A DNA stretch of 64,000 nt from Eledone cirrhosa (taxonomy: Eukaryota), in assembly GCA_964016885.1 (NCBI GenBank), contig OZ024750.1:15562001-15626000 (forward strand), in the 5' to 3' direction. The notes under the pieces are model-generated. The model made no database searches and was not told where the DNA came from. It was given only the letters and a program-made list of their open reading frames with translations. The position numbers were made by a program, and so were the translations under genes. This document shows positions 54,265 to 64,000 of this stretch, one piece after another; position 1 is the first letter of the stretch, and each line of letters begins with the position of its first letter.

Positions 54265-54848
54265 CTATATATAATATATATATAATATATATATATAATA
54301 TATATATAATATATATATATATAATATATATCATCATCATCATCATCATCAACGTTTAACGTCCGTGTTCCACGCTTGCATGGGTTTGGACGGGGGTAGT
54401 CCCACTTGAGGCAAGAGTGATTGTCTTGCTCGCATAGGACTGTCTGGCAGGTTTTCTACAGTTGGATGCCCTTCCTAACACCAACCACATTTACAGTGTG
54501 GGTCTGGGAGGTTTTTACCGTGTTGCCTACACGGCCACATTACAGCGTGGACTGTGTGTTTTTTTTTGTCGTGACACCTACACGATCTCATTTGTTTCGG
54601 CCTGGATGGCGCGGCACCAACATAACTTTACATAGAACGGGGTGGTATATATATATATATATAAATATAGAGGCACATGGCTTAGTGGTTAGAGCCAGAA
54701 TCAGTTCCCGTCCCACCTTTGCAAGCAGGGAAAAGTGGACGTAAAATGAAATGATGAAATGATGATGATATATATATAAAATTTTTAATATAGAAGCGCT
54801 CCTACTAGAACTGTTTCATTCATATATACACGCACACCACACACAAAC

Positions 54849-54977
<129 letters not shown>

Positions 54978-57900
54978 GGAGACCTACAAAAATCGATATT
55001 CACTACCAGCTTATAAGTATAAAGCATATATTTCTTTCTGTAAATAATGTTTAAAAAGCACACCCTATACAGGTAGATGAATTGCTTAACTTCCTTGCCC
55101 CAGATTATAGGTAACGACCCAGCACGTGATGAATATAATCTCGAAATAGGAATAATAATATTTGTTTTTAATTCTATAAACTGAATAGTTTGTTGCTGTT
55201 TTTTTAGCGCTAAATCAATCATGACCATCCCATATGTCTTCAGACACAGCATATGTAAATCTATTCTATTTTATTTTATTTTTTATACTCGCATATCTCT
55301 GTATATATATATATATTTTTTTTTTGTGTCTCAACTGTAAGAAGTAGATACTTCCCCTAGTCTGCCATAGCTTACTAGCTCTATATGGACGTTCAAATTT
55401 ATTAAATAAATAAATAAATCGATAAATATGACCTTCCATTTGTTTTTAGTAGATTACAGGGTGTGATTTTCATCTGCTATTACATAGCATTTAAACCGGC
55501 CATATCCAGTCAGAATTCTTTCACCTTTTTCTGTTCAAACCAGCCATAACTTGCCACTCATACTGATGTTAAGGTATTGTTCTCAAAATAAATAACATCA
55601 AAATCTCATAGATTCTATATTATGAAAGATATTATGTAAGATAAAGCCTTTACCACAAAAATACAATAGTATATATAGAGTAATGTAAATGCTAAACCAC
55701 TCATCCAGTGCTGTTCTGTAATAACAAATATGTTGATGATGATATGGTGGTGGCAATAATACTGGTCATGAAAACAATGAAAATTGCTAAGTATAAAAAG
55801 ATAAAAAGAGAGCATCACATGCACGTTTGGTGGGAATATAGAAGCAATAATAGGTAACAGCAGTTCCTCAAGTGGAAACTATGCTGATAAATATGGCAAT
55901 TCAGTAATATAGGAATCTATAAAAAAGAATAAAAAATTATCATTGTCTGAACAACAAGATATAGACAATAACGTGACTGGAGATACAAATATAACACAAA
56001 ACTATGCTATACACAATTCTAATGAGGTTATATTTTAAACATTTCAGAGCTGCATAGCAACAAAAATGTGTTGTGTTCAGTAAAGAAAGTGAATTCCCTT
56101 CTTGTTTAAAAATCAATTTATTAAAGCCAACAACATTTTGTCAGCCAACCACAACACAGAAGATCAACAGATGACTAAATAAGGGCTGTGATAGGTTTGT
56201 GATAGGTTTCTTCTCTGAAGACCTTCTGCTGTCCAGCCCTCCTGAGAGCTTCTTGACCCTAGGACTTGACTGATAGCTTTTCTTTTGTACCAGTTGCCAT
56301 TGAAACTTCCAAGATAGTATCAGCATTGGAAAGACCAATAGAAACATTGTTTCCTTGGTCCAATTTGACAAGTTCCACTCCACTCGGTAAGTGAATAGGG
56401 TCTGAGATCTTGTCTACCGATTGAATAACTTATTGCAAATATTGAATAGTTTGGGGGTGAGAAGCAGGGTATATAAAAAAAGATATTAGTGTCTGACACT
56501 ACCAATACTGCCAATCCAATGTGGAAAACATAATGACGTAATGTGCTGTGACTTGTTCTTTGCCTCCAAATTTGTCACTTCGGTCACAAACTCAGGCCTG
56601 AAATGCAGAGGAGAGGAAGATAGTTAAATACCAGGGCCTGACCGACTGCTTCTTTGCCTCTTTGTATCGGTTTCCGTCAAAACCTCTGATGTCCTTGGTT
56701 CGCGCATTGCTGATTTTCTCTGTAAAATTGGAAAGATGTCAGCCCGCTTGAGGAGAGAGCCTTGTGATGTGAAGTGACTGTTACAGCAGGTGTTTCTGGC
56801 CAGTCTACGTGTTAACGCCTTTGCCATTCTGGCTGGGGTGTAGTGTCTGTCCCTTTCCCCTCTCCCCTTTTCTTTCATTGCTTGATTCTTTTCTTCTTTT
56901 TCTTCTTTTCATTTCCTTTTGTTTCTCTTTCTTTTTTGTTCCCTCTGATAGTGTGTTTTGTTTTTACATAAACAGCTTTGTAAAATCAAAACATACCAGA
57001 TTATCATTCAAGGGAGTGGCACGTGTACAGCTTACTGAGTTAGATAATATGTAGCCAACTTTTCTGAGCTAAATTAAATACAATAGAATTAATATTCTAT
57101 CCACAAATAAATATGTCTTTCCTTTGATTAATACTTGAGAAATCTGTATTATACACCTCCCTTGTTGATACATTTTTGTAATTCCTCTACAGTTAATTTT
57201 GAGTTTTTTTATTTTTAATTTTTAACCATTAAAGCATCAAACCTAAATAACAACAATTTTCATATAGCTTTATTTGGAGGCATGAGGCTTAGTGGTAAGG
57301 GTGTTGGACTGACTTACAATCATAATATCATGGGTTTTGAGTCTTGGATTGGGTTATGAGTTGTGTTCTTATACTCAAGTATACTCGGCTGAAAATGAGT
57401 ACCAGCAATAGCTGGGAGATTAACCCTGTGATGAACTGGCATCCTGTCCAGGGGGAGTTTTGTACTCTCGGTTGCTTAATGCCCTGTAAACTGAAATAAG
57501 CACTGGCCTGGTAAGCCTACAGCTTCAAGACAGACTTTAGATTTTATTGTAAGAATTTGTGGCTTTATTTTATCGACCCCCGTAAGGATGAAAGGCAAAG
57601 TTAACCTCTGCGTGATTTAAATTCAGAAGGTAAAGGGCCATAACTCTGTGCTGCAAAGCATGGTGTCTGACACTACCAATACTGCCAATCCAATGTGGAA
57701 AACATGACGTAATGTGCTGTGACTTTACGTCCTGAATTTATATCACACAGAGGTTAACTTTGCCTTTCATCCTTATGGGGTCGATAAAATAAAGTACCAG
57801 TAATGTACTGGGTAGTTGCTGGCCTTGTGCCAAAAGTAGAAACATGTTTTCCACATATTTATATAGGGTGTGAAATATTAAAAATTCAAATTAACATCAT

Positions 57901-60072
57901 ATTAAAAAAGCACTCAGTTCACCCTGTAAAGTGGTTGTGTTGGTGACACAACAAAGAGTAACGAGTCCAACGTGTCTGTTGATCTCCTTGGTTCCAAGAT
58001 AAAAAGCACTCAGTTCACCCAGTAAAGTGGTTGTGTTAGTGACACAACAAAGAGTACTCTGTCCAACCTGTTGCCTTGGTGCCAGGATAAAAAGCACTCA
58101 GTCCATGCTATAAATGTGGATGGCATTAGGAAGGGCATCAAGCGATAGAAACCAATCCAGGAACAGTTCTGTATGAGCATGACACGGTCATCTGATCTAA
58201 CTTGTCTCACAATGGGACAACTCGTCTAACCCATGCTAGCATGGAAAATGGACATTACATGGTGATGATGATATTGGATTCACTTATACTACATTCCTGG
58301 CAATAACATCTGTTAATTCTCACTAAGCATCCTTATAAACTTAGGTACACCATTGAGGTAGGGAGAAAATAGAGAGTTTAGAATAAAACCAAACATTGCC
58401 AAGCAACATTCAATATACAGTAGTGAAAAGCAAACTCAACACAGCTGCCCAGTGAAAGATAACAGAAATTTCACTTCAAATTGCATTGTCAATAATGAAG
58501 GGACTAAAAGAAATGTACAGCAATAGCAACAAAGCAAGAAGTTTTCCCATTCTCTAACTAACATCATTAGTAAATACTACATCATACACTAGAGGATAAA
58601 TAACAACAAACTATCCCTTGGCTAATAAAACTTACTTAGCATCAATCAATATTTGATCAACTCTGATTGGAAAATATTACCTTAAATATTACCATCAATC
58701 AATATATTTGTCCAATTGTTCCCTGAACAAAACTAGTATTCTGACATATTTGCTCAAGAACACAGTAATATGGAAATTGCAGGTAACCTGATTTAAACAA
58801 AGATAACAATACATAAACAAGTAAATAAAATAAACTAGTTAGTACCATATATCTATGGATTGCTAATCAATGGGATGAGCAAATCTATTTTATCTGTTTC
58901 TAAAAGACACAAATGAACAAAAATCTTTGAAAACAAATGATTTGGTTTGTTTCAAATCATATGAAAGTAGATTCATTGCTGCACGAGTTTAAATATTGTT
59001 ATAGTGATATAAACAATGATGATGATGATGATATATAGAACAGGAGTGGTTGACGTGCCTAAAAGCACGAATTCAAGTAATATTTCAACTAAGCAAAGTT
59101 TTCAACTTATTTCAGCATCATAAAATAAATATAATAAAAATTAACTATGCTAAGTAAGAGAAGAAATATCTGACTTTTGTTTGAAATACAGACCACATGT
59201 AGCTTATGCCTGACTGTTCCATCTCCATTTAGTGTTGATATATTCAATGCAGTGAGCATAAAAGAAAATCTAACAAGAAATGCTTATGCTGCAACAAGAT
59301 TATTTTTTCTCTTTCTTCGCCCACTTATTCCTGAGAGAGTTGTAGGAACAGAATCCTGAAACACTCCTTCCGGCTGGTCTTGTCAGAAGCAACTGTCTCC
59401 AATTGAGACCATTGAAGCTCATTGATGTTATCAAACCATCTTGCTCAGGATCTACCCCTGGGCCTCTTGCCAGTTGGTTTTGCCCAGAAAATCTGTCCAT
59501 TGATTCTTTCTAGAGTCATTCTAACCACATGCCAGTGATATCTCAAGTATGGGGGACTCTGGACATGTTTTCTTCTTACTGATTCTCCTGTTCTTGCCAA
59601 AAGAAGGTCTATGTAAGGACCCATAACTCCTGATGGAGTCGTAGGGATACTGTAGTTACATACAGCAATACGAGAGTGCTTTGAGACCAAGCATGCAGAC
59701 CTGATGAAGATGACAGAGAGACTGCACCTCATTGATGCACACCCAGTGCTCTTCCTCCTGAGGAAATGCTTCACCCTCCCAAAACTCCTTTTTACACTAT
59801 GCAGTGCACATTGTTACCTTCATGCAGATTGCCTTGTCAAACTCAATGCCACCATCTGACGCTGTGCTGAACTCATTTGTAATGTTAGCTTCAACAGGGC
59901 TGGCTGGTACCAACCGAAGCTCCCTGGGAAATTCTGTAGCCTCGACTTCTGATTCACTTCAGATCTGGCACTGCTGGCCTATCTCTCCTTAATCTCCTCT
60001 AGATGCATCCTGATTAGTGATGTGACCTGGGAACAGGAGTTGCTCTGGCCAATTATACCGACGAAGTCCTTT

Positions 60073-60486
60073 TAGACTAATAAAACAAGATATACCAGGA
60101 AATATAGTTGGGCCTTTTATAGACTAATAAAACAAGATATACCAGGAAATATAGTTGGGCCTTTTATAGACTAATAAAACAAGATATACCAGGAAATATA
60201 GTTGGGCCTTTTATAGACTAATAAAACAAGATATACCAGGAAATATAGTTGGGCCTTTTATAGACTAATAAAACAAGATATACCAGGAAATATAGTTGGG
60301 CCTTTTATAGACTAATAAAACAAGATATACCAGGAAATATAGTTGGGCCTTTCATAGACTAATAAAACAAGATATACCAGGAAATATAGTTGGGCCTTTT
60401 ATAGACTAATAAAACAAGGTATACCAGGAAATATAGTTGGGCCTTTTATAGACTAATAAAACAAGATATACCAGGAAATATAGTTA
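60073..60486. repeat. Minisatellite, 47-bp unit, about 9 copies
   Basis: Unit tagactaataaaacaagatataccaggaaatatagttgggcctttta with no spacers. Confidence 0.95.
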
Positions 60487-62977
60487 TTTTGAAAGATTTT
60501 TTAAAACTATATATTTTACTCACCTTTGAAGCTGTTAAATATATTCTTTGTGTCGAGCGTGTACATTGGCAGAGCCTCAGAAGAATACTGTCCCTTGTCA
60601 AAATAAAAGGTTACAATGAAAGCTCTTTTTGATAAAGGAATTGTGAACAAAAGACAAAGATTTAGATTAATGTAAAATCATGAACAATTATTTCTAAGTG
60701 TCAAATTGGCAGTGTCATTAGAATGTTGGATAGAATGCTTTATGGTATTCATTCCAGCTCTGGGTTCAAATCCAGCCTTTCAGCCTTTTGATAAAAAAAC
60801 CCAAAAAACTACCAGTTCAATACTGGTTCAAGCCTATGAATTTTTCAGTCAACCCTCTTTCATACATTGAACAGTTATTTAAAATTTTTCTCTGGTGAAG
60901 GAAGATAAATTTCTAAATATTTAGTAGTGTTGATGTGTGAAATAAACTGTTACGGTGGCTGGGGGTTGTTATTTTCCATGTTGGTTTTGATTGAGCAAAT
61001 GATCATTCAGTTGTGACCAACTACTGTCTTTTTAAACATCATGTACCTAGAGCAGCATTATCTAATGCATCCTTTCTTAGGGTAAGATATGAAAGAGACA
61101 ACTGCTATTGCTAGCAGATTGATTGAGGTGAAAAGGACCAGTTCAACCCAAGCGAGCATAGAAAAATGGATGAAATGTTGATGAAGATTAGACATCAAGT
61201 AGGGCATTGATTTAGGCACAAGGCCAGCAATTTTAGGGCAGGGGAAAGTCAATTAAATTGACCCCCAGTACATAACTGGTACTTTATTTTATCAACTCTG
61301 TAAGGATAAAAGACAAAGCTAACCGCGGCAGGATTTGAACTAGAACGTAAATGACTATATGTTGCAAATAATAATAATACATAAATGAATTCATGTTCAC
61401 AATCTGGAGAAACAAGATATGGATGGTCATAGCTAAAGTTATGGGTTGTGGGAATAGGAATAATCAAGTCTCTTCATTATAATTATATTTTTATTAAAAT
61501 AATACAAAGTTTGAAGTTTCCAATAGAGCATTGAAAAATATATTGAAAAATTTTGAAAAATATTTTGAAAAATATTTTAACTATTTGATTTATTCGAGGT
61601 AAGGAATTTAAAAACAAACAAATCTTCCATCCCACAAACACAGATTTTTAAAATTCTGTTTTAAATGTTTGTTTCTTTTTTGGAGGGATTATATAGACCA
61701 ATCAGTCCTGATGCGAGGCTACTGATTTCCCAGACAGGCCAGGTATCTGTGTCTTGTTTATTTACAGTCTCACATTCTACCGAGTACACAGGAGAGGTTG
61801 TCACATTTTTGACAACTGGGAGTCGTCCCAATCATTTGTTTGGCAAGCTTTCTACAGCTGGATGCCCTTCTTATCACCAACCACTTCAAAGTGTGTACTG
61901 GGTGCAATTATCCTGTAGATCACCAACACTATGGAGGCTGTCATGTCCTTGAAATGACTGAGGGGCCCTCCCAGCCCTTTGTTTGGCAAGATTTGTGGTT
62001 TCAAATTTAGGGTAGAAGTTTATTGGTTACATGGGCAACACATTTTACCATAGATTGCACAAGTTTCTAAAGTTATGAAGGCCTGGCACAAGTTAATTGT
62101 ATTAGACTTGTACCTTATCTGCCAGGGGGAGATATATGTCTCCCATTCATGATAGAATCAAGAGTTAAGTACCTTTCACATATGCCCCATTGTTCGTGGA
62201 AAACGTTAACTACTCTTTTAAAATTACCCTAACTTGAGGAGAACACAAAATAAATAAACAAACAGACCATAGCTGAAACTGTATAAACATTTGGTAAAAG
62301 TAAAAGGTTTAGTAACTCTAGTTTAAAACATTGGAGAACATGCTGTTACATGCACATGCACACACGCACACACACTCACATGTGTACAAGTGTGATAGTA
62401 TCTAAGCAAACTACTATAAAAACTAAAATACCAATAAATGATTTACAGTTGTGTTGCTTGGCAATTGATAAACAAGATTCTGATATGGATAATCAATGCT
62501 TTAAAACTAGTAAGTACTTACTACTTAGAAGCTAGGTTTATCCTGAGTATTTTACTTATGAAATAGTCTTGGTTGTTTTTCATGGTTTGTCTGTTGCTTT
62601 ATTAAATTCAGTAAGAAATATCAACATGAAACAGAAAATATTTCCTGGTAAATTAAGCCTTATAAATTGTCTCAATCCCTTTCATTAAAATATTTTTAAT
62701 AAATGACATAGCCTATGATATTTAGATAATTCTGGAAATATTGATGAATTTGGAGGGATTTAGTAGTATAACTCACTTTCTAATAATTAATCTGGTGTTT
62801 GAAGTATAGTGGAGGCACATGGTGTTAGACTTACGATCACAATGTCATGGGTTCAATTCTTGGAGTGGCTTGTGTGTTATGATGTTCTTGAGCAAAACAC
62901 TTCATTTCACTTTGTTCCGGTATACTGGATTCTCTGCACCACCTGGTCAGAGAATGAAGCTCACAACATTATTATTA

Positions 62978-63650
62978 GGAGCTCAACACTGCACCACCCA
63001 GTCATAGAATCAAACTTCCAACCTTATAACCAGGAGCTCAACACTGCACCACCCAGTCAGAGAATCAAACTTCCAACCTTATAACCAGGAGCTCAACACT
63101 GCATCACCCAGTCAGAGAATCAAACTTCCAACCTTATAACCAGGAGCTCAACACTGCACCACCCAGTCATAGAATCAAACTTCCAACCTTATGACAGGAG
63201 CTCAACACTGCACCACCCAGTCATAGAATCAAACTTCCAACCTTATGATCAGGAGCTCAACACTGCACCACCCAGTCAGAGAATCAAACTTCCAACCTTA
63301 TAACCAGGAGCTCAACACTGCACCACCCAGTCAGAGAATCAAACTTCCAACCTTATAACCAGGAGCTCAACACTGCATCACCCAGTCATAGAATCAAACT
63401 TCCAACCTTATAACCAGGAGCTCAACACTGCACCACCCAGTCAGAGAATCAAACTTCCAACCTTATAACCAGGAGCTCAACACTGCACCACCCAGTCAGA
63501 GAATCAAACTTCCAACCTTATGACCAGGAGCTCAACACTGCACCACCCAGTCATAGAATCAAACTTCCAACCTTATGATCAGGAGCTCAACACTGCACCA
63601 CCCAGTCATAGAATCAAACTTCCATCCTTATGACCAGGAGCCAAGCACTG
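62978..63650. repeat. Minisatellite, 55-bp unit, about 12 copies
   Basis: Unit caggagctcaacactgcaccacccagtcagagaatcaaacttccaaccttataac. Confidence 0.95.
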
Positions 63651-64000
63651 CACTGTGTGCCTTCATAATTTGAACTTAGAATGTCAAAGGACGTGTTGAA
63701 TATACAAGTTATATTAACCCTTTAGTATTTATATTACTCTATATTTACTATTATATTTTCATGGTAAAGGCTTTACCTCACATAATTATCTCATCTCGAT
63801 AATTATAATATTGAATCTATGAGATTTTGATATTATGTATTTTGAGAACAATACCTTAACTTCAGTATGAACAGCCGGTTACAGCCAGTCAGAGCCAGTT
63901 TGAACAGAAAGCGGTGAGAGAATTCTGACCGGATATAGCCGGTTTAAATGCTAAAGGGTTAAGTTTTCTTTAATTGATCTAATGTTAATTTCTGATTATA

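Noticed and set aside
60073-63650. 47-bp and 55-bp arrays as CRISPR
   Set aside because: They are head-to-tail repeats with no unique spacers.

Overview
AT-rich, repeat-dense eukaryotic (animal) DNA, most likely from a coleoid cephalopod such as Octopus. This is inferred from effector-less poly-C2H2 gene clusters, very long (TA)n/(CA)n tracts and the SINE/RTE content. Bases 1-21 kb are a tandem segmental triplication. Each unit carries a minus-strand single-coding-exon C2H2 zinc-finger array gene (at least 25, 26 and 18 fingers; 84-bp units), with paralog-specific finger gain, loss and shuffling, decayed fingers past the stop codons, and copy-specific TE insertions. An intronless TMEM45-family CDS lies at 35471-36352 (-). 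The rest is TE debris (CR1-like, RTE, I/Tad1-like and CRE-like LINEs, piggyBac and mariner remnants, MITEs, a Helitron, tRNA-SINEs), micro- and minisatellites, plus an unexplained CpG-rich block at about 50.6-52.9 kb with a 227-bp direct-repeat element and a 324-bp hairpin. All calls were made by eye from motifs. No database search was run, and TE boundaries are approximate unless stated.
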